DNA from: Candidatus Micrarchaeota archaeon
GTDB lineage: Archaea > Micrarchaeota > Micrarchaeia > Anstonellales > Bilamarchaeaceae
Reading direction: 5' to 3'
Assembly (NCBI GenBank): GCA_038046805.1
Contig: JBBSVO010000006.1
Location: 132,452 to 196,451, forward strand
DNA length: 64,000 nucleotides
In this document: one piece after another, positions 37,559 to 47,991 of the stretch
Numbering within the stretch: position 1 is the stretch's first letter
How the letters are laid out: each line of letters starts with the position of its first letter
The notes under the pieces: model-generated
The model's database searches: none
The model's input: only the letters and a program-made list of their open reading frames with translations
What the model was told of the DNA's origin: nothing
Position numbers and translations under genes: made by a program

Positions 37559-37801
37559 TTGGTGAGAACGTGAAGGTTGTCCTTTATAGCGATCCAAGAA
37601 AGTTTTGCGAAACTTTCTTGTCTCACTACATAGCAAACCACGATGTGGGGCAGTAGAAAGATTGTGTCGCACAGTCTCATTACTTTCGTGGTTTGCTATA
37701 GCTGGATGGATCGGCTTCTGCATTTTCTTTCCCTTTGTTCGGTTTTTCTCCATTTCCTAACTTCGGTTCTCATATAAATACTCCTAAACCTCTAAAGAGA
37801 T

Positions 37802-37815
37802 TTAGGTAATCCTAA
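37802..37815. promoter_or_regulatory. Putative DtxR/MntR operator TTAGGTAATCCTAA
   Basis: TTAGG-N4-CCTAA palindrome resembling DtxR-family boxes; second copy at 38335. Confidence 0.55.
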
Positions 37816-38216
37816 TGAACGTAGTTAAAATTTTAAGATTTAGTACATCCCAGGATGCTGCAATACCCAGAGTATCAGAGCGGGAAACATCCAATGACAA
37901 TAATCCGCAACCACGCGTGCGGAATTTCTGGCGTTTCAGAAAACCAAAAGAGGAGTACGAAACCGGTAGTGTGCGGCTTAAAAAATCAAGAACGAATCGC
38001 GACGGTGATAAAGAAAAATCCGAAGATGGCGGCTCTGGTGGAGAAGGGGAGCATGATGATCCTCCAGACGAATTGGAACGCGAAATGGAACACGAAACCG
38101 ATGTTGATGTTGACGTGGGCAATGACGGCATCAGCTTCCGTATGCGCGAGACGCGAAGGCCGCACCTGAAAATGGTCCGCCAGAGGCACAAACAGGAAAG
38201 CCATGCGGGAAGCTAA
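37815..38216 (+). CDS. Hydrophilic low-complexity hypothetical protein
   Basis: 133-aa charged ORF; no family recognised. Confidence 0.45.
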   Translation: MNVVKILRFSTSQDAAIPRVSERETSNDNNPQPRVRNFWRFRKPKEEYETGSVRLKKSRTNRDGDKEKSEDGGSGGEGEHDDPPDELEREMEHETDVDVDVGNDGISFRMRETRRPHLKMVRQRHKQESHAGS

Positions 38217-38334
38217 ATCCTATTATAGCCATGGGCAGTGGATCCGTGGGCAGTGAGCTACGAATAAAGATTAACGTTGGCTTAGGGCTCAAAGCTCAAG
38301 GCCCACGGCAACAGTATGTGAATCCAAACCAATT

Positions 38335-38348
38335 TAAGGTTATCCTAA
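38335..38348. promoter_or_regulatory. Putative autoregulatory DtxR operator TAAGGTTATCCTAA
   Basis: Near-palindrome overlapping a TATA-like TTTAAG just upstream of the regulator. Confidence 0.55.
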
Positions 38349-38362
38349 CATTTATGCACTTC

Positions 38363-38815
38363 ATGAATGGCAAGCACGATATTGGCTTTGAAGAATTCAC
38401 GCGAAAGGTGGAGGATTACCTTGAGGCAATCTATGTTGTCGCGGATGAGCAGGGCTATGCAGGCACAACAGACATTGCCAAAGAACTTGGGATAAAGCCG
38501 CCAAGCGTAACCGAAATGCTGGCAAGGCTCAGGGTTCTAGGTCTTGTGCAATATGCGCCATACAAGGGAGCAAAACTCACAGAACGCGGGCTTGAAATTG
38601 CAAAAAGCGTCAAATCCAAGCATGATATATTCCGCCGGCTTTTGCATGAAATCAGCGTTCCTGATAAAATTGCAAAAATAGATGCATGCACGCTTGAGCA
38701 TAATCTCGATCCCAAAACCATTAATTGTTTTGCGGAATTCGTTTCTTTCCTGGAAACCGCGCTTTACCCTAAATGGAAAAAGGATTATGAAAAATTTCGG
38801 GAAAGGAAAAAATAG
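38363..38815 (+). CDS. DtxR/MntR-family metal-dependent transcriptional regulator
   Basis: EDYLEAIY, DIAKELGIKPPSVTEML, LTERG, DACTLEH; start revised to ATG 38363. Confidence 0.92.
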   Translation: MNGKHDIGFEEFTRKVEDYLEAIYVVADEQGYAGTTDIAKELGIKPPSVTEMLARLRVLGLVQYAPYKGAKLTERGLEIAKSVKSKHDIFRRLLHEISVPDKIAKIDACTLEHNLDPKTINCFAEFVSFLETALYPKWKKDYEKFRERKK

Positions 38816-38823
38816 AACGGATT

Positions 38824-41039
38824 TTATTGTATGCCTCCAGAACCTCCGCTAAATTGTCGTTTATACTCGCCAATATTGGTAGGTGGCGGTTGCTGAACCT
38901 GCGGCGGCCTGAAAGTAGTATCTGGTTTCTGAGCCTGTTGCCCTGGCCTTGCCCTGGTTGCTGTGAATTTTTCGCCTTCGGATCTGATTCGTTCCAGTAC
39001 GCTAGGGTCATTCGAGTGAACGACTATTTCTTTTGCATGCCCTGGCAATTGATCTAACATAATTTGGCGTTTGGTTGCAATATCTGCAACTGCCATAACT
39101 CTGGCAAGACCTTTTGTCCATAAGCAGGATACACGCGCACCGGCAGTGCACATTTCCTCACGTGAGAATCCAGATAGAAAATGCATCGAAAATGCAACTA
39201 GATCATCCCGTGTCGTAGGTCCAGGCAGTTTAATCGTCATGGGATCTGGATGTTTTCTTTCCATTTCCGTTTGCCATGACTCTCTTCGCTGGCCGCTTTG
39301 ACCAGGTTTTTCCTGAACTTTTGGAGGTGTAGATAATAATGTTCGAGCAGCCTCTTTACCGTCTACGGATCTACCAGTTATCGAATCATATCTCAGGAGA
39401 TTAATTACATCAATATGTTCTTGCGAGCCGACTATTGCTACCTCCCCTGTGCCCATATAGAAAATTACTTTAAGAGTTGGAGGGGTCGTTGTATTCTTGG
39501 GTCGGAATTTGACTATTACTACTTCGCCTTTTGTTTCGTCTTGTGCACGGGTTCGTTCTGCCTCTGCAAGATTAGGGAAAAAATGACTAATAAGATTAAC
39601 AACATTTGCAGGATTGATAACTTGTTTTCTAACTTGAATTGTGATGCTTGAAGTTTTTGAAGACCTTACCAGTTCTGCTTCCATCTCACCAATTGTGGGG
39701 CAACGCACGCCTGGCATGCGGGCATGAAATTCTATTATAATCCTGCGTGCAGCTGAATCCAACCTGATGTTTCCCTCGTAATTATAGCTTACGAATTTGT
39801 ATCTGCCATCCGCATCCTGCCGAAGATTAAATCGCTGCTCAAAGAATCTTTTGGCTATCAGATGAACATCTGCATCTGTGGGCACTCTGCCAAGTCTAAC
39901 CTCAAGTTTTTTTGTTTCCACTGATTGCAGTACTGGTTGTGCGGGGGCTGCCATCTGTGCCTGTGCGGCAGCTCGCGGGCCATCAATAGTCTCTATTCCA
40001 TGCCATCTCAACGTAAAACCCAATTTCGCATCTGTAAATCCAGTTTCATCTAATCTTCTTTGCAGGGTTGTGATGGAGAGCCTTCCAGTTTCTGAATTGT
40101 AACTGACAGCAATCGGATATCCACCTGGAACCACATAGTTGAAAGTAAAACACGATTCGTTCTCATCCAATGTAATCCGCCCTCCTGCTTCAGGGAAAGC
40201 GACACGAATTATTACGTTTATTGCATATTCAAGGTCACGTAAATTGATGTGTGCCGCAACAAACGCTGTTACTGTACCAATCCGTGTATCTTCTTGTCTG
40301 GCAGGCGCTGAGCTCGCAGGCATACTAGCTCTTTGGCCTTCAACTGCGATTTCCAATCCATAATGCTCCAACTCACTTGCTAATACTGCTTGACGAAATC
40401 CACTTACTTCAAACAATTCGTTTTCTCCTCTAACGGAAAGTTCACCAGTCGCAGATGTATAAGTTACTTCAATATCGCGTCTTTTGCGTCTTGCCCTAGT
40501 GCGATCAAGGTATCTGCAAGTAAAACCAGTAGGAGTTGATTCCATTCTGCTTTCATCAAATTCCATAAATAAACCGAGTAATGTGATGTGTACTGCATCT
40601 AATACATCCTCATCACCTCTCATGCCAGCGATTCTTACCTTAATCTCAGCCATCTCCGGCGAAGCTGGTTCGGTTGCAGGTTGAGCCTGAGAAACTTCTG
40701 TTGCGGTTAATCCTCGTTCTGTTGAAGAAATCTCCACCGCAGTTAATCCCAGTGTGTTCAATCCATTAATCATTGTCTGGCTATTGAAATTATTCGGGAC
40801 AGTTGGTCCGGAATATGTGACCGTAAGTCTATTGGTCCTTGGATCCAATCTTGATTCTATTCTATCGCTTGATCCAACAGTTTTGTGCGTCCAAACATGC
40901 ACACCTTCCTGTATATCTACACCTTGCCCCCAAAATCCAGGATAGTTTGCGTGGATAATATCTGATACTACATTATAAACTTCAGTTACAGTTCTTTTGG
41001 TTAAGGCTCCATCAAGTTCAATTTCAACCTTTTTTCCAT
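38824..41039 (-). CDS. Orphan protein built from about 6 tandem alpha/beta repeats; apparent 1-bp frameshift in the 5' A-run
   Basis: GAGGAG RBS and ATG at 41039; ATG GAA AAA A[A]G GTT joins the long frame; ORF track gives only 38824-40902. Confidence 0.7.
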
Positions 41040-41119
41040 TGTATCTCCTCAGAATTTAGATTACAATCCTATGTTCAGAAACGAATATAAATTATGACTT
41101 TCAATCCTGTTTGGTACGA

Positions 41120-42253
41120 ATGTCATCAACAAATAGATTGTCCAAATCCAAAATCCAGGAAACTGCCGTTCCAGTCTCTCAGATTTCTCAGAAATCCGAG
41201 ATGCTTGCCAAAAAGAACCCGGATGGAACCATAACCTGTCTTGCCTGCGCAAGATATTGCAAAATCCCGGAAGGTCAGGCCGGATTCTGCGGAGTGCGGG
41301 CAAACGATGACAGGAAGCTCAAACTTTTAGTCTATGGAAAGCCGTGCGCAATCTGGGTTGATCCTGTTGAGAAAAAGCCATTGTTTCATTTTCTTCCGGG
41401 GAGCAAAAGCTATTCCATCGGGACGTTTGGTTGTGATTTCGCATGCGATTTTTGTCAGAATTTTGACATTTCACAAGCCCCTTCCGAAGCGCGAGTCCGC
41501 GATCCAAAAGGCTGGAGAGATTATTTTCAGAGGCTTATCGACAAGCTGGAGTACGTGCCACCGGAAACAATCGTGAGCCGCGCAATTGAAAGCGGATGCA
41601 AATCAATCTCATTCACCTACAACGAACCGACAATATTCACAGAATACGCGCTTGACATAATGAAGCTCGGGAAAAAGGAGGGGTTGCGGTTCATCTATGT
41701 TACAAATGGCTATGAATCGCGCGAATGTTGGGATGCACTCGCACCTTACCTAACGGCTGCAAATATCGACCTAAAGGCATTCAACCAGAATTTCTATGGA
41801 AAATTGTGCAAGGCAAATTTAGAGCCAGTTAAAGAATCAATTCTTTATGTAAAAAAGAAATATCCAAAAATGTGGATTGAAATAACGACCCTTCTTGTTC
41901 CAGGCTGGAATGATACTGAAAACGAACTTCTAGATGAGGCAAAATGGCTCGCTGCGATAGACGCAGGCATGCCTTGGCATGTGACCGCGTTTCATCCGGA
42001 CTATAAGATGCAAGACTCAGAGTCTACAAAACCTGAGACGCTGATGCGTGCAAGGGAAATCGGGCGGAGCGTTGGCTTAAATTATGTCTATTGCGGAAAT
42101 CTTGGTTTCAGCTATTCAAATTATGAAACAACGGTTTGTCCGAAGTGCAAGAAAGAATTAATAATCCGGGCTGGTTTCACTGTAACGAATAATAATGTCA
42201 TTGACGGCAAATGCAGGTTTTGCGGAGAAGGAATTCCGGGTGTTTGGAAATGA
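41120..42253 (+). CDS. amrS: AmmeMemoRadiSam system radical SAM enzyme
   Basis: CLACARYC..GFCGVR, DPVEKKPLFHF, GCDFACDFCQN, FTYNEP, C-terminal CPKC/CRFC. Confidence 0.93.
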   Translation: MSSTNRLSKSKIQETAVPVSQISQKSEMLAKKNPDGTITCLACARYCKIPEGQAGFCGVRANDDRKLKLLVYGKPCAIWVDPVEKKPLFHFLPGSKSYSIGTFGCDFACDFCQNFDISQAPSEARVRDPKGWRDYFQRLIDKLEYVPPETIVSRAIESGCKSISFTYNEPTIFTEYALDIMKLGKKEGLRFIYVTNGYESRECWDALAPYLTAANIDLKAFNQNFYGKLCKANLEPVKESILYVKKKYPKMWIEITTLLVPGWNDTENELLDEAKWLAAIDAGMPWHVTAFHPDYKMQDSESTKPETLMRAREIGRSVGLNYVYCGNLGFSYSNYETTVCPKCKKELIIRAGFTVTNNNVIDGKCRFCGEGIPGVWK

Positions 42254-43095
42254 AAGTGAAGCCATCAGGAGAGGAAGAAACCGAAGTCATTCTGCGTCCT
42301 CCAGCAGTCGCCGGAATGTTTTACCCTGATGATCCGGAAGAGCTTGAAGACATGATAAAAGGATTCGTGGAAAGGGCAAAGGAAGAAACCATTTCCGGCG
42401 CACTTCGCGGTCTTGTTGTTCCGCACGCGGGTTACATATATTCCGGGACCGTTGCAGCCGTAGGATATAAACTTCTTGCGCAGCATGCACAACATGCAAA
42501 AAACATCTTTTTGTTTGGCCCTTCACATCATTCATACTTCAATGGGTTAGCGGAATCAGGAATGAATGCCTGGGAAACACCTCTTGGAAGGATAAGTGCA
42601 AAGCCAGCCGGAGGCAGTCTTAAAAGTGGTGGTCTGATCTCCCTTAATCCCGCAGCGCATGCTCCTGAGCATTGTCTTGAAGTGCAGTTGCCGTTCCTTC
42701 AGACAATCCTTGGGAAAGATCCAGATTCTTTCTCAATTATTCCGCTCTTAACTGGAGATGTTTCTTCTGCGGCAGTTGCAAAGGCAATCGAAGAGAATTT
42801 TGACAAGGGCAGCGATTCGTTTTTCATTGCAAGCTCGGATTTGAGCCATTATAATCCCTATCAGCGGGCAGTGGAGCTGGATGGAATTGCGAACAAGGTA
42901 GTTCCGGCCATTGACATACCAACAATGCAAACACGTGGGGATGCGTGCGGAAAAACATCAATTTTAATTTTAATGTATCTGGCAAAGTTAAAAGGATGGA
43001 AGGGAAAATTTCTGGAGTATAAGAATTCCGGGGACACAGCCGGGGATAAAATGCGCGTAGTTGGTTATGGCTGCTATGCGTTCTATGAAGAATAG
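42250..43095 (+). CDS. amrB: AmmeMemoRadiSam protein B (MEMO1 family)
   Basis: RPPAVAGMFYP, PHAGYIYSG, GPSHH, EHCLEVQLPFLQ, SSDLSHY, VVGY. Confidence 0.93.
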   Translation: MKVKPSGEEETEVILRPPAVAGMFYPDDPEELEDMIKGFVERAKEETISGALRGLVVPHAGYIYSGTVAAVGYKLLAQHAQHAKNIFLFGPSHHSYFNGLAESGMNAWETPLGRISAKPAGGSLKSGGLISLNPAAHAPEHCLEVQLPFLQTILGKDPDSFSIIPLLTGDVSSAAVAKAIEENFDKGSDSFFIASSDLSHYNPYQRAVELDGIANKVVPAIDIPTMQTRGDACGKTSILILMYLAKLKGWKGKFLEYKNSGDTAGDKMRVVGYGCYAFYEE

Positions 43096-43116
43096 ATATG
43101 GATCGGAGGGGTAGAT

Positions 43117-43608
43117 ATGGAAATCGCGATATTTTCAACTGGCGGAACAATAGATGATATTGACTTGGATTCCGTGACTGACAAATCGCGCGAAACCTAT
43201 CTTCCATCTGCTTTTGAACAGGCAAAAATCAGCAAAGAGATTAAAGTAACAAGAAAAATTTTAATGAAAAAGGATAGCCGGGAAATAACCGATTCGGACC
43301 GTGAACTGATCGCAAAAGAATGCGAGAAATGCATGGAAAGCCGAATATTGATAACCCACGGGACGTTTACCATGGCCGAGACTGCGGCGTATCTGGGAAA
43401 AAGGATAAGCGACAAAACGATTGTTCTGACTGGTTCAATGATCCCGCTTACAGAGCCAAAAAATGATGCAGAATTCAATTTGGGTGGGGCATTTATCGCG
43501 GTCCAGCTTCTGCCCGTAGGCGTGTACGTAGTGTTCAACGGAATAGTTTTTCATTGGTACAATGTAAAGAAGAATATAGAAGGTGGGTATTTCAAGAAGT
43601 TGTTTTAG
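43117..43608 (+). CDS. Short asparaginase-domain protein
   Basis: TGGTID, KDS, THGTFTM, VLTGSM.P, DAEFNLG. Confidence 0.85.
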   Translation: MEIAIFSTGGTIDDIDLDSVTDKSRETYLPSAFEQAKISKEIKVTRKILMKKDSREITDSDRELIAKECEKCMESRILITHGTFTMAETAAYLGKRISDKTIVLTGSMIPLTEPKNDAEFNLGGAFIAVQLLPVGVYVVFNGIVFHWYNVKKNIEGGYFKKLF

Positions 43609-43622
43609 GGCAAGGTGTATTC

Positions 43623-43889
43623 ATGCCAGACATTAGCGTAATTGCGGAAATCCAAAAAATAAAAGAGCGAAACGTTCGCGTTGAATCAGATAAAGCATGG
43701 GAAACCAGCTGGGCAAGGCGCGGCCTGCTCGCGGTAGCAACCTACGTCGTGGTCAGTCTATTCCTCGTATCAATCAATGCCCCGAATCCATGGATAAATG
43801 CACTTATCCCGGCTGGCGCGTATGTTCTTCAGACGCTCACAGTGCCTGTGCTAAAGGATTGGTGGGTTATCAATATGTACAAAAAATAA
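43623..43889 (+). CDS. Small conserved-looking membrane protein
   Basis: IKERNVRVESDKAWETSWARR followed by two TM segments; GGTG RBS. Confidence 0.7.
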   Translation: MPDISVIAEIQKIKERNVRVESDKAWETSWARRGLLAVATYVVVSLFLVSINAPNPWINALIPAGAYVLQTLTVPVLKDWWVINMYKK

Positions 43890-43901
43890 TGGTTGAATTT
43901 C

Positions 43902-45476
43902 ATGTTTGACCCGCTCTTAAGTAAAGCCTGGAAAGATGCTTGTCGAGTCCTTTTTGGACAGGAGATAGGTGAACTCCAAGATTATAGCGATTGGCTTGCA
44001 GAAATGGTTGATGCTCCAATAGTAAAAAAATCTAGTATTTCTGGAAAAGAAGTCATTCATTCAAGGGCGGACTATTCAGATTCTGCACGGTCGATAAGCC
44101 TTGAAGAAATAGACATCGGAAAAAAGTTCAACCCACTCAGTATAAACGAAATAAAGGATATTGATAGCATAATCGAGGCAATTCAAGATAGGATTTTTTA
44201 TACTGGAAATATCATACTTGGCAATTCAAAGGAAGTGCAAAAAAGCTCGAATATAAATGACAGTTTTTACATCTATAATACAACTCTTTCCGGGAATTCA
44301 AAATACATGGCTTTTTGCACCCTTGCGAGGTTGGACTCATATGGTTTTGGAGGAAATGCTTTCAGTCAATGCGATTTCTGCATCAAATGTCATGAACTTA
44401 CGCGCGTGAAAAGATCATTTGAACTGTGGATGAGCCAGGATTGCTCTGATTGCTATTACTCGCATGGATTGAAAAACAGTTCAAATTGCTTTTTTTGCTT
44501 TAACCTGGACAATGCGCGATACACTATAGGAAATTTGCAATTGCCACCAGATAAGTATGCAGAACTGAAAACCAAACTGATTTCTGAAATAGTGGATGAG
44601 TTAAAACGTGAAAAGAGAATACCTTCTCTTACTGAGATAGTACGGGATTGCGATGGTGAGATACGTTTACCTTCCAGTAATTCAAAAGTTGCAGTTAAGC
44701 AACCAGTCGACCAGAAAAAAATAGATGGGGAATTTGTCAAGACCTTTGAAATACTATTCAAAAAAAGACCATCAAAAAACATTGACGAATATGCATCTTG
44801 GTTATCCAGACACGTGAGAGGATTTGAAAGATGCAAATCCGCGGCAAGCGGAAGCGACGTATTTCTTGCAAGATATGGAAATTATTGCGACTTACCCAAG
44901 AATCGTCTTTTAACTTTGGATGAAGCAAAGGGAATAGGCCAAACTTTAAAACTAACTGCCGAGGATGTAAACTGCATTAGTTTCAAAAACATCGGTAAAA
45001 ACCTGGGAAAGATCGCATTTTTCAATACAGACATCCAGGATGGGCAAAATGCGAATAATTTTGAGTGCACCATAACGATAGATGCGTTTAACTGCCATAG
45101 GTCAGTATGCAGCGTATACTCTAAATTTTGCGCTTATTCTTTTTGGCCAAGAAGTTCACAACACATATTTGGCGGGGATACTGTCTTTGATTCAGCCTTT
45201 TGTATCAATAGTTATAACTCAGTAAATCTTCAGAGATGTATGGAAATGGATGGCTGCAACAGCTGTTCTGATTCTTATTTCTGCCATAACTGCGAAAATC
45301 TCCAGAATTCGATGTTCTGCTTCAATACAAAAAACAAAAGATACGCGATCGGCAATGCCGAATTGGAACGGGAGAGCTATGCAAAAATAAAAGAGGGCAT
45401 TCTGGAACAGATATACCAGGAACTCGAAAAGAGTGGAAAAAGCAAATATGATATTTTTAGCCTTGGAGAAACGTAA
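43902..45476 (+). CDS. Cys/Ser-rich repeat protein with two homologous halves
   Basis: Duplicated N-cap (KAWKDACRVLFG / GEFVKTFEILFK) and CxDCYYSxxLxNxSNCFFCFN-type solenoid repeats. Confidence 0.75.
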   Translation: MFDPLLSKAWKDACRVLFGQEIGELQDYSDWLAEMVDAPIVKKSSISGKEVIHSRADYSDSARSISLEEIDIGKKFNPLSINEIKDIDSIIEAIQDRIFYTGNIILGNSKEVQKSSNINDSFYIYNTTLSGNSKYMAFCTLARLDSYGFGGNAFSQCDFCIKCHELTRVKRSFELWMSQDCSDCYYSHGLKNSSNCFFCFNLDNARYTIGNLQLPPDKYAELKTKLISEIVDELKREKRIPSLTEIVRDCDGEIRLPSSNSKVAVKQPVDQKKIDGEFVKTFEILFKKRPSKNIDEYASWLSRHVRGFERCKSAASGSDVFLARYGNYCDLPKNRLLTLDEAKGIGQTLKLTAEDVNCISFKNIGKNLGKIAFFNTDIQDGQNANNFECTITIDAFNCHRSVCSVYSKFCAYSFWPRSSQHIFGGDTVFDSAFCINSYNSVNLQRCMEMDGCNSCSDSYFCHNCENLQNSMFCFNTKNKRYAIGNAELERESYAKIKEGILEQIYQELEKSGKSKYDIFSLGET

Positions 45477-45515
45477 GGATTAAAGTCATCACTAACGTTT
45501 TGTTCCATGATCCCC

Positions 45516-46100
45516 ATGTCCGATTCGGCTTTCACAAAACCAGAACGCGAATTCCTGCTCAAGTTGGCAAGGCGCGCAATAGAGCATTATCTTAAATCCG
45601 GCACGCGTTTGGATATAAAGCCGAGCGAAGTTCCGAGCGAGCGGCTCATAAAAGACGGTGCGGTTTTTGTTACTCTTTACGCGCGCAAGGACAACTCGCT
45701 CCGCGGATGCATCGGTTCTCTTGAGGCAAAACGCCCGCTTGTTTTTGATGTTGTTGAAAACGCGCTTCATTCAGCATTTGGTGATCCGCGTTTTCCTCCC
45801 CTCAAACGCGAGGAGCTGTCGAACGTGCGGATAGAAATCTCTATCCTCACAGAACCAAAACCCCTTAAAGTATCAGACAAGGACGACCTTCTTAGTAAAC
45901 TTATTCCGAACAAGCACGGGTTAATTATCCAAAAAGGTTTTGCAAGGGCAACCTTTCTGCCAGTCGTATGGGAAGAATTGAAGAAAAAAGAGGATTTTCT
46001 CACGCATCTATGCCAAAAGGCAGGGCTTTATCCTGATGAATGGAAAGATACAAGGGAAATGAAATTCTTTGTTTATGAGGCGGAGAAGATTGAGGAATGA
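45516..46100 (+). CDS. amrA: AmmeMemoRadiSam protein A (AMMECR1 family)
   Basis: GAVFVTL, LRGCIGS, AFGDPRFPP, ATFLPVVW, LCQKAGL. Confidence 0.94.
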   Translation: MSDSAFTKPEREFLLKLARRAIEHYLKSGTRLDIKPSEVPSERLIKDGAVFVTLYARKDNSLRGCIGSLEAKRPLVFDVVENALHSAFGDPRFPPLKREELSNVRIEISILTEPKPLKVSDKDDLLSKLIPNKHGLIIQKGFARATFLPVVWEELKKKEDFLTHLCQKAGLYPDEWKDTREMKFFVYEAEKIEE

Positions 46101-46142
46101 AACATCTAAGGTTTTTTAAATAGTTGCCAATAATATAATTTC

Positions 46143-47120
46143 ATGAATTGTAAGTTTAGGAATACTGCCCATCCAGTATCTGCAAAGTCAGTGCGGATCG
46201 CTGGAGTGCCCGGGATAGAACTTTTCATAACCCTTAGAACAAGAACGTGCAGTTGGAAAAAAGAAACTGGCGGATGCACATTCTGTGGAGTAGGGGGTCT
46301 TGATGGCGATATGCCACCTCTGTCTTTCAGCGAGGCAAATCTCCAGGTTGAAGGTTCGATCAGGGACTTCAAAAGCCAGGGTGGGGATGTTAGTGCAGTC
46401 ACAAAAGTCTCATTTATTTCAATGAGTGACAGCCTTCTCAATCCAATGACAATTGAGGAAAGGGCCCTGAGAATTGCGATGGAAACAGCAGTCAGAGCAT
46501 TTCCAAACGTGTCTTGTTTATCTGTAGAATCCCGCGCGGATATGCTGCATTCTGATTATCTGAACCGATTATGGGATTTCATGCAAAACGAGTTTGGAAA
46601 CGGAGTTAGTGGAGAGGTTGCAGTTGGAGTGGAAACTGCCTCCGAGTACAACAGAAATCTTTTAGGAAAGGGAATTTCAGATGCGGTGCTTGTATCTGCA
46701 TCACGAGTATTGTCCGACACAATGTGGAGTATGCGCGGAAGTTTAATCTATGCACTTTTTGAACATGAACCTCTAGCAAGAGTCCTGGCATTAAAGAACG
46801 GAATAGACTTAATGGCTGGACTTGGCGAGAGAATGCGCACGTACACTTCAATACTTTTGCTGCGTGGGTATGTCCCTGAGGATATGGCTAGTTCAAATTT
46901 GTTCCGCGATTTTGTTGAAGTTCCTGACGAGGTGGTGTTGCGAGAGTTGCGGGAAGCAGCACTACATGCAAAAAGACGCAAGCTTCATTTTGAAATTGAC
47001 TCAACAACCGCAGATCAGGAAGCTGTCAGAGCAACTTTGGGTATCATGAGTCCAGAATACCGTGCTGCGCTTGATAGATATAATCAGAGTCTTGACCCGC
47101 GCGAATTGGTGCTCAAATAA
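46143..47120 (+). CDS. Divergent radical SAM protein, TIGR01210/RaSEA-like
   Basis: LRTRTCSW.....GGCTFCG, VESR, AVGVET, LGKG. Confidence 0.7.
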   Translation: MNCKFRNTAHPVSAKSVRIAGVPGIELFITLRTRTCSWKKETGGCTFCGVGGLDGDMPPLSFSEANLQVEGSIRDFKSQGGDVSAVTKVSFISMSDSLLNPMTIEERALRIAMETAVRAFPNVSCLSVESRADMLHSDYLNRLWDFMQNEFGNGVSGEVAVGVETASEYNRNLLGKGISDAVLVSASRVLSDTMWSMRGSLIYALFEHEPLARVLALKNGIDLMAGLGERMRTYTSILLLRGYVPEDMASSNLFRDFVEVPDEVVLRELREAALHAKRRKLHFEIDSTTADQEAVRATLGIMSPEYRAALDRYNQSLDPRELVLK

Positions 47121-47305
47121 AAAAAGAGATAATTCTTACATCGTCCCTACCAGTCTTCTTGCAGCGCGTCTTGTGTCAGTAAATTCCGTTTCATCACGAA
47201 TATATTCCAATTGGTGGCGTTGGTTATGTTCTCCGAGCGTCTTCACGGCCATTTTTCTTGCACTATCATTATCTGAGTAGGTCGCTATCATACTAAGCTC
47301 AGTTG

Positions 47306-47671
47306 TTATTCGTTTAATCTCCTGTCATCCTCTCTTGCGTTCAAATGCGAAAGTGCATCTATAGACTGTAGGCGTGCGCTTTGTCTATTCTTTGTTTCCA
47401 GATATTCCCTAGCTAACATTCTTACCACTCCGACCATCTCCGCGGAATGATTTCTAATTGCTTTTTTGGACCAGTCAAAACCTTCCCGGCTGTGAACTGC
47501 ACCCACAACTGCATTACGTGCGTCCAGTGTTCTTGTTTCAATTGTTTCCCGAGGATTTCTTTCAACCTCGCGGCTCACTTTGTTTTGAAGCAGAGTTGCC
47601 AACCCCCTCACGTTTATTCCATTAGGAACTCTTCTTCCGCTTATTATATCCGCTACTTCACGTTGAGCCAT
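47306..47671 (-). CDS. Hypothetical protein
   Basis: GGTGA RBS before ATG; 121 aa. Confidence 0.6.
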   Translation of the reverse strand: MAQREVADIISGRRVPNGINVRGLATLLQNKVSREVERNPRETIETRTLDARNAVVGAVHSREGFDWSKKAIRNHSAEMVGVVRMLAREYLETKNRQSARLQSIDALSHLNAREDDRRLNE

Positions 47672-47772
47672 CTAATCACCAGTCCAGTTCTTTGGCCACA
47701 TGATTTTATACCCTTATCTCTGAATCGGTGAATTGCATATATTTTTATACTTTATTCTACCAAAGTATACTC

Positions 47773-47991
47773 ATGTATACTACCATAAAAATTGCAGAAG
47801 AGCTTAAGGAAAAACTAAGCAATATGCGGACATATGAAAGCGAGACATATGCTGAGATCATAGAAGACCTTATTGAAGACCGTCTTTCTCTCAACCCATC
47901 CTTCGTAAAAGAAATCGAAGAACGAAGAAGAGAGTACAAATCCGGAAAAACCATTTCTTTCGAAGATCTGAAAAAAGAGATGAAACGATAA
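47773..47991 (+). CDS. Antitoxin (RHH-like, RelB partner)
   Basis: YTTIKI..ELKEKL, ETYAEII, GKTISFEDLKK; stop overlaps toxin start. Confidence 0.8.
   Translation: MYTTIKIAEELKEKLSNMRTYESETYAEIIEDLIEDRLSLNPSFVKEIEERRREYKSGKTISFEDLKKEMKR

Noticed and set aside
37439..37753. 104-aa minus-strand ORF
   Set aside because: Overlaps the HEPN gene by 120 nt and has no recognisable features
47156..47291. Possible 38-51 aa minus-strand small ORF (MAVKTLGEHNQ...)
   Set aside because: No motif or clear RBS; insufficient support
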